Source: Oscillospiraceae bacterium
GTDB lineage: Bacteria > Bacillota > Clostridia > Oscillospirales > CAG-272
NCBI GenBank assembly: GCA_015063695.1
Contig: SVTQ01000004.1
Location: forward strand, 3,784 to 67,783
Direction: 5' to 3'
DNA: 64,000 bases
Shown: positions 9,012 through 19,174 of the stretch, piece by piece
Layout of the letters: the number at the start of each line of letters is the position of its first letter
Numbering within the stretch: position 1 is the stretch's first letter
Notes under the pieces: generated by a model
Told to the model about the DNA's origin: nothing
The model's input: only the letters and a program-made list of their open reading frames with translations
Database searches by the model: none
Program-made: the position numbers and the translations under genes

Positions 9012-10352
9012 ATGAAAGGCGAAAAAACGTCAAGAAGATATAAGCTTTCCCATGTTCAAATAATTGCTCTCGGCTTCTTTATAATGATAGCTGCGGGGAC
9101 CTTGCTCCTCATGCTCCCCTTTTCCTCGAAAAGCGGAGAATTTACCCCCTTTACAACGTCCCTTTTCACGGCGACCTCCGCTTCCTGTGTTACGGGGCTT
9201 GTCCTTGCGGACACAGCGACACACTGGTCCCTTTTCGGTCAGATAGTTATAATCACCCTCATTCAGATAGGCGGTCTCGGCTTTATGACCATAGCCGTTC
9301 TGTTCACCATGTTATTCCACAGAAGAGCGGGTCTTCGCGAACGAGAGATAATGGTAGAGAGCATCAACCAGCTTCAGATAGGCGGAATTCTCGATATCAC
9401 AAAAATGATATTCTTCGGAACCCTTATTTTTGAGGGCGCGGGTGCAGTTCTTCTTTCCCTTCGGTTTATTCCCCTGTTCGGATGGGGGCGCGGCATATAC
9501 TATTCCGTTTTTCACTCAATTTCCGCATTCTGCAACGCAGGCTTTGACCTTATGGGAACTTTCAGCGGAGAGTATTCCTCGCTGACCGCTTTTTATAACG
9601 ACCCTTTGGTTTCCGTCACCATAATGGCACTCATAACTGTAGGCGGTATCGGCTTCTTCGTTTGGGACGACCTTCGAAAAAACAAGTTCCGCTTCAAAAA
9701 ATACAAGCTTCACTCAAAGCTTGTACTTACGGTATCGCTTATACTGACCGTGGGCGGAGCTCTTCTGTTCTTCATTTTCGAAAAAGGACTTCCCGTAGGC
9801 ACGCGAATTCTCAACGCATTTTTCGACTCTGTTACCGCAAGGACTGCAGGCTTCAACACCGTTGATATTGCCGCTTACACGGGTGCTTCAAAGCTTCTGA
9901 CAGTTATACTGATGTTCATAGGCGGCAGCTCCGGCTCAACGGCAGGCGGTATCAAGACCACCACTGTTGCGGTTATTCTTATCTATACGCTTGCGGGCGC
10001 AAGAGGTAAAAACAGCGCCGAGGTATTCGGTCGCAGTCTTGAGGAAAACGCTCTCAAAAAAGCGGTATACGTTTTCTTCGTAAACCTCCTTCTGGCCCTC
10101 GGCGCCGCTTGCTTCATCTGTGCTGCTCACGGTTTCTCCGTCATTGACGTTCTTCTTGAGACCTTCTCTGCCATGGGCACGGTCGGCATGAGCACGGGCA
10201 TTACAAGAGAGCTGGGAACAGCATCCAAATATATCATTATCCTACTTATGTATCTCGGCAGAGTGGGCAGTATCTCCGTTGCAGGCGCTCTCTTCGAAAA
10301 GAGAACGAAGCCTGCGGTAACCTCTCCTGCGGAAAAGATACTGGTTGGTTAA
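9012..10352 (+). CDS. ktrB: TrkH/KtrB-family potassium transporter membrane subunit
   Basis: 446 aa, polytopic. Repeated pore-loop glycine motifs (TASCVTG, NAGF, RTAGF, STGIT). Confidence 0.9.
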   Translation: MKGEKTSRRYKLSHVQIIALGFFIMIAAGTLLLMLPFSSKSGEFTPFTTSLFTATSASCVTGLVLADTATHWSLFGQIVIITLIQIGGLGFMTIAVLFTMLFHRRAGLREREIMVESINQLQIGGILDITKMIFFGTLIFEGAGAVLLSLRFIPLFGWGRGIYYSVFHSISAFCNAGFDLMGTFSGEYSSLTAFYNDPLVSVTIMALITVGGIGFFVWDDLRKNKFRFKKYKLHSKLVLTVSLILTVGGALLFFIFEKGLPVGTRILNAFFDSVTARTAGFNTVDIAAYTGASKLLTVILMFIGGSSGSTAGGIKTTTVAVILIYTLAGARGKNSAEVFGRSLEENALKKAVYVFFVNLLLALGAACFICAAHGFSVIDVLLETFSAMGTVGMSTGITRELGTASKYIIILLMYLGRVGSISVAGALFEKRTKPAVTSPAEKILVG

Positions 10353-10405
10353 ATTTGAAATAATCATAATATAAATCACTGACTTTCTTAACTTTTGGAG
10401 GAATT

Positions 10406-11047
10406 ATGAAAAGTTTTCTCGTTATAGGACTGAGCACCTTCGGCAAGCATCTCTGCCGCGAGCTTACAAAACAAAACTGCGAGGTAATGGTAGTAGACAA
10501 CGACCCCGTCGTTATTGAAGCCGCACTTCCCGACGTATCAAGCGCAAAGGTAGGAAACTGCACAGACGAGGCGGTTCTTGCTTCCTTTGATATCCCATCC
10601 TTTGATGCCTGCTTCGTATGCGTAGGCTCCGATTTTCAGGCAAGTCTTGAAATAATAAGCCTGCTCTCGGAAATGGGCGCTAAAAAGGTGTACGGCAAAG
10701 CGGAAAATGACACTCAGGCGAAGTTCTTCCTCAGAAACGGTGCAGACGGTATTATTTTCCCCGAAAGAGACGAGGCAAAAAGAATCGCTTTCCGCGTGAG
10801 CTCAGAGACGATATTCGACTGTATTCCCCTTACCGAAGAATACTCGATCTTTGAAATAGATACACTTGAGAAATGGAAAGGTCACAGTATTATCGATCTT
10901 GATTTCCGCCGTAAATATAACATGAGCATCCTTGCGGTAAAAAAAGGAGGCGAGGTCTTCCCCATGCCGCCTGCAGACTACATTTTTACGGAAAGCGAGC
11001 ACATAATCGTTCTCGCGCGTCCCGAAGACGTTAAAAAGCTCAAATAA
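10406..11047 (+). CDS. ktrA: TrkA/KtrA-family RCK-domain potassium uptake regulator
   Basis: 213 aa. Rossmann-like VIGLSTFGKHL N-terminus and an RCK C-terminal domain, immediately downstream of ktrB. Confidence 0.85.
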   Translation: MKSFLVIGLSTFGKHLCRELTKQNCEVMVVDNDPVVIEAALPDVSSAKVGNCTDEAVLASFDIPSFDACFVCVGSDFQASLEIISLLSEMGAKKVYGKAENDTQAKFFLRNGADGIIFPERDEAKRIAFRVSSETIFDCIPLTEEYSIFEIDTLEKWKGHSIIDLDFRRKYNMSILAVKKGGEVFPMPPADYIFTESEHIIVLARPEDVKKLK

Positions 11048-11359
11048 AGATAACACAGCAGCCCTCGGCAAATCTGCCGAGGGCTGCTCAGACCGAAGAC
11101 AAACTCGGTATAACGCAGATGTGTGCGCAAAAATCCGATGTGTCACACTTTTCGTGATGAAGCACACAAAACAAGCATAAGGCGGGCAAAAGCCCGCCAC
11201 ATCTGCTTTGAGAGCATTTTTCCCTCTGCCGTAGACTACTACACCGACGAGGTAAAAAGCTCTCAATCTACGTTCGTTTCTCTCGGTCCGGGTCAGAGTG
11301 TAGACTTTGTCTACACTCTGAGCAGCCCTCGGCAGATTTTGCCGAGGGCTGCCCTTATA

Positions 11360-13597
11360 TTATTTAATAATACACGCCTGGCGGAAATTGAGATTATAGC
11401 TCTTTTCAACCGCGGCTTTATCGTATTCCACAACGCCCTCAAGAGGGTCGCAGAAAATATAGGTATAATCGGTATATCCGATAAGAAGCAAACAGTGGGA
11501 TGCGGAAAGCCAGCAAACGTTTTTGCCGTTTATCTCTGCTTCCCAGCAAATTCTGTTTCTTCCGCTCATATTTGTGGTACCCCAAAGAAGAACGGGAATA
11601 CCCTGATCAATAAGACTTTCATAATGGGAAAGCCCTTTTCCGCTGACGTCATAAACTCTTTTTGAAGCTCCGACGGACGAAAGATACTTATTCCCCGTTT
11701 CAACAACGCAGGGCGCAAAGCATCCGTAACCCTCTCCCTTAACGTAAGGATTGCCTATGTAGGTGGTCCAGGGGTCGCCGTCACGGTAAGGGGATTTCGC
11801 CATAAAGCTTTCAAAAAGATTTATGGGAGAAATACTGTACCCATTGTAGCTAAGCGCCATAGAGAGGCTCACCACCTCGCATCCGTTGGGAAGGGCGGGT
11901 CTCTGATACATGCAAGGTACGTTGATGCAGACACGAAGGGGCTCACGGACGTTGACTGTCACATTTGCAAAAGCGACATTCCCGCTGTCGTCAACGGCAG
12001 TATACGTAACCGTATAAGCTCCTGCTGCATTCAGGTTTACCTTCGTTGAATCCACGGTGACCTTAACGTCTCCGCAAATTGCATCATAGGCGGTGACTCC
12101 CGATGAAAAATCACAAGTCTCGCCCATTATGACGTAAAAATCACGGTGTCCGCTTATAACAGGAGGCTCCGTGTCATAATAGAAAACGATTTTTCCCACG
12201 AGCTCTGCCGTATTTCCCGAAGCATCCGTTGCCACAATAGTTACGTCAAAAGTTCCGTCCTTCGAATTATCGACAGCAGTTTTAAACGAAAATGTAACGT
12301 CGGAAAAATCCTTGTATGCCGCAACGAGATCGGCCGCCTTTGGTTTTGTTCCCACAAGATAGCTGACGGGTGCAACGGAAAAATCGGGAGGTGTCGTATC
12401 TTCAAGAGTAACCTTGACGGAAACCAAGCCGTATTTACCCAGAAGCTGAAGCTCGTTTTCTCCGACCTTCATATTACGGGTCTCCCTCTGATTTTGAAAA
12501 GAAAGATTCTCCCTCGAAAAATCATCCTTGAAGATAAGCTTTGAAAGCTCTGCGTTCTCGCAGCCAAGCTCCGCCGTTATTTCGGTTTCAACGTCATGGA
12601 TATGAATATAAGAAATATATCTGCTCTCGTTTCCGAAGGCATCCGTCAGAATAGCTTTTACCTCGTACTCCCCGGGGGCCTTAAAATCGGGAAGACCTTC
12701 AAGCACTGTTTTAACCTCGGAATGGTCGTTTATGTTCTTAACAATATCGCCTTCAGTCAGTGTTTCTCCGAGAACAATGTCAAAGGAAGAGACCTCTGCG
12801 GTAGGTGCTTTTGTATCCGCAATAGTTATATAGGTATAAAAACGCACGTTGTCATTTGTTCCCGTCAGCATAAACTCGCCGCAGTCAAGCGCGTCCGTTC
12901 CGCTCACAGTAACGGCTATGGGAAACAGAGAGAAAAACAGACTTTCTACGCGTTCCTTTTCAACTCCGTATTCAAATACCGCCTCGGCAGAGGAAGGGAT
13001 AACCGTAAGCTTTGCCGCAAATTCGGTAACGTTTCCGCCGCCGTCTGTTGCGGTAAGTGTCATTTCATGCTCGCCTTCACTGAAATTTTCTACGGGGTCC
13101 TTAAAGCAGAGAACGACGTTTGTTGCATCGGTAACACCGATAACAAACAGTTCGGGAGTTACCTCAACGTCATCGGTGAGAACCACGTTAACACTTTCAA
13201 CAACGGGAAATACGGTATCTTCCACCGTAAGCCTTGAGCGTGTTCTCAGAAAACCGAAAAACTTAAGCTCCACCTTCGTTTCCTGTACCACCGAGGTATC
13301 AATGGCATCAAGGTCACTTTCCACTTTGCAAAGGTGTTTTACTACTGCCCTTTCCGTAATACGGGAATAATCGGGACGCTCTCCTGCCTCGCAAACAACG
13401 GGCGCGGAAAGTGCGAGCACGAATATAAGAATTCCGGCAAGCAAAGCTCCGACTGCAGAAAGGATAATTATATGTACTTTACCGAAGGAAGAAAAGAACC
13501 CTTTTTTTCCTTCTTCGGCATTATTCTGTTTTTCAGAAACGGCAAATTTCGTTTTTATGCCGCTTAAAGCTTCTTTGTTATCCTTTAATAACTTCAT
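11360..13597 (-). CDS. membrane-anchored surface protein with Ig-like repeats and a C-terminal peptidase C39-like domain
   Basis: 745 aa. N-terminal TM anchor (VHIIILSAVGALLAGILIFVLAL) and several Ig-like/DUF5011-like segments (TEPPVISG..GAYTVTYTAVDDSGN). The C-terminal ~200 aa carry Cys (LPNGCEVVSLSMAL) and His (SHCLLLIGY) as in C39-like/BtrH-type peptidases. Confidence 0.65.
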   Translation of the reverse strand: MKLLKDNKEALSGIKTKFAVSEKQNNAEEGKKGFFSSFGKVHIIILSAVGALLAGILIFVLALSAPVVCEAGERPDYSRITERAVVKHLCKVESDLDAIDTSVVQETKVELKFFGFLRTRSRLTVEDTVFPVVESVNVVLTDDVEVTPELFVIGVTDATNVVLCFKDPVENFSEGEHEMTLTATDGGGNVTEFAAKLTVIPSSAEAVFEYGVEKERVESLFFSLFPIAVTVSGTDALDCGEFMLTGTNDNVRFYTYITIADTKAPTAEVSSFDIVLGETLTEGDIVKNINDHSEVKTVLEGLPDFKAPGEYEVKAILTDAFGNESRYISYIHIHDVETEITAELGCENAELSKLIFKDDFSRENLSFQNQRETRNMKVGENELQLLGKYGLVSVKVTLEDTTPPDFSVAPVSYLVGTKPKAADLVAAYKDFSDVTFSFKTAVDNSKDGTFDVTIVATDASGNTAELVGKIVFYYDTEPPVISGHRDFYVIMGETCDFSSGVTAYDAICGDVKVTVDSTKVNLNAAGAYTVTYTAVDDSGNVAFANVTVNVREPLRVCINVPCMYQRPALPNGCEVVSLSMALSYNGYSISPINLFESFMAKSPYRDGDPWTTYIGNPYVKGEGYGCFAPCVVETGNKYLSSVGASKRVYDVSGKGLSHYESLIDQGIPVLLWGTTNMSGRNRICWEAEINGKNVCWLSASHCLLLIGYTDYTYIFCDPLEGVVEYDKAAVEKSYNLNFRQACIIK

Positions 13598-13744
13598 GGG
13601 CGATCCCTTCGTCGTTCAGATAGTAAAATCTCTCTTTACATTTTACGTTATTTGACTAATGTTGTCAAGTTCAACAACTTTTAATTATTTATAAAGACAA
13701 AAGCTGCCGAAAACCTCTTGGAATTCGGCAGCTTTTTGTATTTT

Positions 13745-14272
13745 TTATTTTCCCATTAAATCGGCTAAACTAACGCACTCAACACCCTTCTTTTCAGCGT
13801 ATTTCGCAGTATAAGCGCTGCCGCTGCGCTTTTGGATAAGATAAGAAATAACGCGGCCGCTGTTATCCACCATAAAACGGTTTCTTTTGTGCATACATCC
13901 CTTTTCATACTGCTCTGACGTATATATAATGTCATCCGCATTATCCTTAAGCATCTGATACTCCAGCAAATCTCTTTGGTTCTTCCATTTCTCACTTTGG
14001 TTACGGCAAGGAAGAACAAGAATAAGCTTTATGTCGGGGAATTCTGCTTTGGCGGCAAGAACTCTGAAGGCAGAAGCAGTGTCAAACCCAAGAGCTCCTC
14101 CTGAAAGAAATACGCAAAATCCGTCACTTATGGCATTTTCAATTACCTCATCAAGAAGACGGGCAAGCTCATCCATATCACCTTTCGATATTACTCTGTG
14201 GCCCGTAAAGCAAAGGGTCTTCGAAGGACCGTTTTCTTTCAGAATTCTATTTTCTTCTCCGCTGTTTTCCAT
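13745..14272 (-). CDS. YpsA-like SLOG-fold protein (DUF1273)
   Basis: 175 aa. The FTGHR...FLSGGALGFD pattern is typical of the DUF1273/YpsA family. Confidence 0.7.
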   Translation of the reverse strand: MENSGEENRILKENGPSKTLCFTGHRVISKGDMDELARLLDEVIENAISDGFCVFLSGGALGFDTASAFRVLAAKAEFPDIKLILVLPCRNQSEKWKNQRDLLEYQMLKDNADDIIYTSEQYEKGCMHKRNRFMVDNSGRVISYLIQKRSGSAYTAKYAEKKGVECVSLADLMGK

Positions 14273-14474
14273 ATCCTCCGCCCCCTTTCGCTTATTATCA
14301 GCTTAATTTTATCACAGCTTCTCCGAAAACGCAATACGTGAAAAACTTAATAATTTCAGTTTGCTTTCTCATTTATTTTTTAGTTGCAATAATATATATT
14401 CTATGTTATACTATAAGTTGAGATTATAGGCGCTTTGCCTCAAGACAAAAAGCAAAACGGAGGTTTAAACTTAA

Positions 14475-15989
14475 ATGAGAATTCTTAAATTATCCGAATA
14501 CATAAATATCCTTGACAAAGACGGTCTTCTTGTAGAATTCAAAGGCGACACTACCGCCCTTGAAACCGATATAAAGGGCCTTACCTTCGACACACGAACT
14601 CTAACCGAAAACGCACTTTTCGTATGCAAAGGCGCCCACTTCAAGGCAGAGTATCTTGAATATGCAGTAAATAACGGAGCTGCGGCTTACGTCAGCGAAA
14701 CGCTTTATGAAACAGATGCCCCCGCTCTTATAGTCTCCGATATAAGACGCGCTATGTCCGTTCTTGCCGCGCTGTTTTTCGATAACGCGCCCGAGAAAAT
14801 AGTTTCCGTAGGAATTACGGGAACAAAAGGCAAGAGCACTACCGCTTACTATATGAGAGCAGTTCTCGACAAATGGCTGGAAGGCGAAAACAAGCCGAAG
14901 AGCGCAGTTATCTCCTCCATTGACACCTACGACGGCGTGATGAATTTTGAGTCTCATCTTACCACTCCCGAAGCAATAGAGCTTTACCGCCACTTCAACA
15001 ACGCGGTGGAGTCGGGAATTTCCCATCTTACCATGGAGGTCTCCAGTCAGGCACTCAAATACGGCAGAGTTTCGGGAATAAATTTCGACGTAGTCTGCTT
15101 CTCCAACATCGGAACAGACCACATCAGCCCCATCGAGCATGCGGATTTTGAAGACTACTACACATCAAAGCTCCGTATCTTCGACTCCTGCAAGTGCGCC
15201 TGCATCAACACCGATGCAGACCATGCCGAAAGAACTCTCGCGGCGGCTGACGGAAAGTGCCGTATCGTCACCTACGGCTCTCATGAAAACGACACCATTT
15301 ACTGCTCAAATGTTGAAAAAAGAGGAGACTCCATCTTCTTTAGTGTCAGAACCCCCGAATTTGAGAGAGAAATGTGCATCACGATGCCCGGTCTCTTCAA
15401 CGTTTCAAATGCCCTTGCGACTATCGCCATGTGCTATGCACTCGGGGTTCCCGAAAAGTACGTGTACGAAGGTCTTGAATGTGCAAGAGCAGGCGGCAGA
15501 ATGCAGGTGTACAAGAGCCGTGACGAAAAAATAATAGTCATCGTTGACTATGCACACAACAGAATGAGCTTTGAAGCGCTCTTCAGCTCCGTTCGCATTG
15601 AATACCCCGGCCGCGACGTTATCGCCGTCTTCGGATGTCCCGGTAAAAAAGCCCATCTTCGCAGGGTTGACCTTGGTGAGGTTGCGGCAAAATACTGCGA
15701 CTACATAATAATCACCGAAGAGGACTCGGGAGAAGAGCCCTTCGAAAGCATTGCGGCAGATATCGCGGCAAATATCAAGGGATGCGAATACGCAGTACTC
15801 GAAGACCGCGGTCTTGCCATTAAAAAAGCCATCCTCGAATATGAGGCGGCAAAGAGAATTATTCTTCTCACAGGTAAGGGAGAGGAAACACGCCAGAAGA
15901 GAGGCACCGAATATATCGACTGTCCCTCCGACGTTGACTACACCCTTGAATTTCTTGCCGAATATGACGGCGCTCTTGCACTTAACTAA
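14475..15989 (+). CDS. murE: Mur ligase, MurE-type (UDP-MurNAc-L-Ala-D-Glu:diamino-acid ligase), non-DAP type
   Basis: 504 aa. GITGTKGKSTT P-loop, TTPE, MEVSSQ and DYAHN motifs. Overall pattern resembles streptococcal-type Lys-adding MurE. Where DAP-adding enzymes carry DNPR, this protein reads TEEDSGEEP. Confidence 0.8.
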   Translation: MRILKLSEYINILDKDGLLVEFKGDTTALETDIKGLTFDTRTLTENALFVCKGAHFKAEYLEYAVNNGAAAYVSETLYETDAPALIVSDIRRAMSVLAALFFDNAPEKIVSVGITGTKGKSTTAYYMRAVLDKWLEGENKPKSAVISSIDTYDGVMNFESHLTTPEAIELYRHFNNAVESGISHLTMEVSSQALKYGRVSGINFDVVCFSNIGTDHISPIEHADFEDYYTSKLRIFDSCKCACINTDADHAERTLAAADGKCRIVTYGSHENDTIYCSNVEKRGDSIFFSVRTPEFEREMCITMPGLFNVSNALATIAMCYALGVPEKYVYEGLECARAGGRMQVYKSRDEKIIVIVDYAHNRMSFEALFSSVRIEYPGRDVIAVFGCPGKKAHLRRVDLGEVAAKYCDYIIITEEDSGEEPFESIAADIAANIKGCEYAVLEDRGLAIKKAILEYEAAKRIILLTGKGEETRQKRGTEYIDCPSDVDYTLEFLAEYDGALALN

Positions 15990-16004
15990 AAAAGGAGATA
16001 CGCT

Positions 16005-17843
16005 ATGTGCGGATTTATCGGATATTTTTCAAATTCTCCCGCAGAATATGACAGGGAGCTTGTTCTCGACAAAATGGGTGAGGCTATTGCCCACCGCGGT
16101 CCCGACAGCAAAGGCTCCTTCCTTGACGGAAAGGCGGCACTCGGTTTTCGCAGACTGAGCATTATCGACCTTGAAGGCGGCGACCAGCCTATCCATTCCG
16201 CCTGCGGAAGATACGTTATCATCTTCAACGGCGAGATTTATAATTACCGCGAGCTCCGCGAAGGTCTTATAAAAGACTTTGGCTGTACATTTGCCACAAA
16301 TTCCGACACCGAGACTATTCTCCAGACCTATCTGAAGTACGGCAAGGAGACCGCATCTCGTCTGCGCGGTATGTTCGCTTTCGTTATCTACGATAAGGAA
16401 AACCACTCCTTCTACGGGGCGCGCGACTATTTCGGTATCAAGCCCTTCTACTATGCACACATGAACGATACCTTCCTTTTCGGCTCCGAGATAAAGGGAT
16501 TTCTCCCTCATCCTGCCTTTGAAAAGAAGGTCAATCCCGAAGCGCTGAAGATGTATCTTGAATTCCAGTATTCCCCTCTGGGGGAAACTATGTTCAAGAA
16601 CGTTTTCAAGCTTACCCCCGGTTGCTATTTCACTTATGAAAACGGCGTTTTCACCGAAACCCCCTATTTTGAAGCTACCCTCGATCCCGTTAAGCGCAGC
16701 TTTGACGAGGCGGTGAAGCTTATTGACGATGCTGTACTCTCCTCCGTTGAATACCACCAGATCGCAGACGTTGAAGTCGGCTCCTTCCTCTCAGGCGGCG
16801 TTGACTCAAGCTACGTTGCATCCACCGTCCGCCCCATGAAGACCTATTCCGTAGGCTTCAAAATTGAAGGCTTTGACGAAACCTCTCTCGCTGAGGATCT
16901 CTGTAAGACCCTCGGCATGCCCAATAAGAAAAAGGAGATAACTCCCGACGAATTCTTTGCGGCTCTCCCCCACGTTCAGTACCATTCCGACGAGCCCCAT
17001 GCCAACCTTTCCGCAGTTCCTCTTTACTATCTTTCCGAGCTTGCGGCAAAGGACGTTAAGGTAGTTCTCAGCGGCGAAGGCGCAGACGAATTTTTCGGCG
17101 GCTACGACTGGTATATCCAGAGCGATGCTTCAAGACTTTACAAAAAGCTTCCTCAGAGCTTCCGCACCGCTATGGCGAAGCTCTTCGGAAAGTTCCCCGT
17201 TTCCCACATAAAGCACTTCTTCAAGTCTAATGCACAGAGAGTTGAAGATACCTATATCGGTCAGGCGTTCATTATGAAGGATGCTGATGCAGACAAGATC
17301 ACCGCAGATGCTTATAAGAGCTCCCTTACCTACAAGGACGTAACTGCGCCCTATTACGAAAAGGTCAAAAACTGCGACGACCTTACGAAGAAGATGTATC
17401 TTGATATGCACCTGTGGCTCCCCTACGATATCCTTCTCAAGGCAGACAAAATGACAATGGCTCACTCCCTCGAAGCGAGAGTTCCTTATCTCGACAAGGA
17501 AGTATGGGCAGTTGCAAGAACACTTCTGTCTGAACAGAAGATGAAAGGCAGACATACGAAGAGAGCCTTCAGAAAAGCAGCTCTCTCCCATATCCCCCTT
17601 GACTGGGCAAACCGCAAGAAGGCAGGCTTTATGGTTCCCTTCAGAGTCTGGATAAGAGACGAAAAGTTCGCTGCTCCCATAAGAGAAGCATTCTCCTCCG
17701 ATGCGGCGGCAGAATTCTTCAACAGGGACCTTCTTCTCTCCATGCTTGACGAGCACGTAAAAGGCGAAAAGAATAACGCCCGTGTTATCTACACGGTTTA
17801 TTCCTTCCTCCTCTGGCACCAAGAGTATTTCGTAAAGAGATAA
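16005..17843 (+). CDS. asnB: asparagine synthase (glutamine-hydrolysing) family amidotransferase
   Basis: 612 aa. MCGFIG Ntn-Cys start and SGGVDSS PP-loop. It starts 15 nt after the murE-like stop. Confidence 0.9.
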   Translation: MCGFIGYFSNSPAEYDRELVLDKMGEAIAHRGPDSKGSFLDGKAALGFRRLSIIDLEGGDQPIHSACGRYVIIFNGEIYNYRELREGLIKDFGCTFATNSDTETILQTYLKYGKETASRLRGMFAFVIYDKENHSFYGARDYFGIKPFYYAHMNDTFLFGSEIKGFLPHPAFEKKVNPEALKMYLEFQYSPLGETMFKNVFKLTPGCYFTYENGVFTETPYFEATLDPVKRSFDEAVKLIDDAVLSSVEYHQIADVEVGSFLSGGVDSSYVASTVRPMKTYSVGFKIEGFDETSLAEDLCKTLGMPNKKKEITPDEFFAALPHVQYHSDEPHANLSAVPLYYLSELAAKDVKVVLSGEGADEFFGGYDWYIQSDASRLYKKLPQSFRTAMAKLFGKFPVSHIKHFFKSNAQRVEDTYIGQAFIMKDADADKITADAYKSSLTYKDVTAPYYEKVKNCDDLTKKMYLDMHLWLPYDILLKADKMTMAHSLEARVPYLDKEVWAVARTLLSEQKMKGRHTKRAFRKAALSHIPLDWANRKKAGFMVPFRVWIRDEKFAAPIREAFSSDAAAEFFNRDLLLSMLDEHVKGEKNNARVIYTVYSFLLWHQEYFVKR

Positions 17844-17918
17844 ATCAAAATATTTTCCAACCGGCCTTCTTTCTCGGGGAAGGTTGTTTGTAAAGATATA
17901 AAAACAAGGAGCAAAATC

Positions 17919-19172
17919 ATGGCAAAAGCTGAATTTTTACCCATAATCTTAGGAAGCGACGAGAATGCCTACGGCACCTCACGCCTTTTCGTCGAGGCAT
18001 ACGGTATAAAGCCTCTTCTTGTCTGCACCCGTCAGCTTATTCCTACGGTGTACAGCAGTCTTTTCGTCCTGAAAAAGGTTAAAGGCTTTGACCGCGACGA
18101 TGTTTTCCCCACCGCCCTCCTTGAAATTCTGAGAGAAGCGAAAAAGGACTACGAAAAACTCATCGTTGTCCCCTGCTCAGACTACTACTGCGCCATGCTC
18201 AGCCGTCACTATGATAAATTTGAGGGACTTATAGAAAACAAGTTCATCTCTGAAAGTCTCCTAAATACCCTTGATACGAAGGACAAGTTCTATGAGCTCT
18301 GCGAAAAATACGGCATGGACTACCCCAAAACCTACGTTGCAGACCCCGAGGACAGACTTTCCGCCATCGACAAGCTCCCCTTTGATTTTCCCATCGTCGT
18401 AAAACCCGAAAACAGTAACGCTGTTGAATACCTCCACGCTGAATTTGAAGGTAAGAAAAAGGTTTACTTCTTCTCCGACAAAGAGGCATATATCAAAGTC
18501 ATGGAGAGCATGAATAAGAGCGACTACAAGGGCAAAATGATAATTCAGGAATTCATCGAAGGCGGCGACGACGCCATGAGAGTTATGAATTCCTATTCCG
18601 ACGAAATCGGAAAAGTTCTTGCAATGTGTCTCGGTCAGCCTATTCTTGAAGAATACGCTCCCAAGACCATCGGTAACTACGCGGCTATTATCTCAAGAAG
18701 CGATAAAGCTCTCTATGAGAAGGTCAAAAAATTCCTTGAAGACATCGGATACGTCGGCTTTTGCAATATCGACATGAAGTACGACCGCAAAAGAGACCGC
18801 TACGTTATGTTTGAAATAAATCCCCGTCTCGGCAGAAGCAGCTTCTTCGTCAGAGGCGCAGGCATCAACATGATGAAGGTTCTGACAGAGGATGCGGTTT
18901 TCGGAAAAAAGGACGACTGCATCTTTGCGGATAATACCTCCCTCTGGGCAAACGTTCCCCTCGTTGTCATAAGAAAATACCTTTCCGACAAGAAGCTGAA
19001 GAGCGAAGCTCTCTCCCTTGTAAAAGCAAAAAAATACTCCCGTACTCTTGACTGTAAGGGAGACTTCCATATCAAAAGATTTTACTATATTAAGAGATAT
19101 TACCTCGGACAGTATAACAATTTCAGAAAATACTACTTTGAAAAGGACGGGGGACTACCCAAAAACACCTGA
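17919..19172 (+). CDS. ATP-grasp carboxylate-amine ligase (D-aspartate-ligase-like)
   Basis: 417 aa. Size and layout fit stand-alone ATP-grasp ligases (PIVVKPENS, IIQEFIEG, FEINPRLGRS). Confidence 0.65.
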   Translation: MAKAEFLPIILGSDENAYGTSRLFVEAYGIKPLLVCTRQLIPTVYSSLFVLKKVKGFDRDDVFPTALLEILREAKKDYEKLIVVPCSDYYCAMLSRHYDKFEGLIENKFISESLLNTLDTKDKFYELCEKYGMDYPKTYVADPEDRLSAIDKLPFDFPIVVKPENSNAVEYLHAEFEGKKKVYFFSDKEAYIKVMESMNKSDYKGKMIIQEFIEGGDDAMRVMNSYSDEIGKVLAMCLGQPILEEYAPKTIGNYAAIISRSDKALYEKVKKFLEDIGYVGFCNIDMKYDRKRDRYVMFEINPRLGRSSFFVRGAGINMMKVLTEDAVFGKKDDCIFADNTSLWANVPLVVIRKYLSDKKLKSEALSLVKAKKYSRTLDCKGDFHIKRFYYIKRYYLGQYNNFRKYYFEKDGGLPKNT

Positions 19173-19174
19173 AA

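Noticed and set aside
11123-11665. 180-aa plus-strand ORF in the ktrA / C39-like intergenic region
   Set aside because: Its first half runs through terminator hairpins and its second half is antisense to the 3' end of the C39-like gene. It has no RBS.
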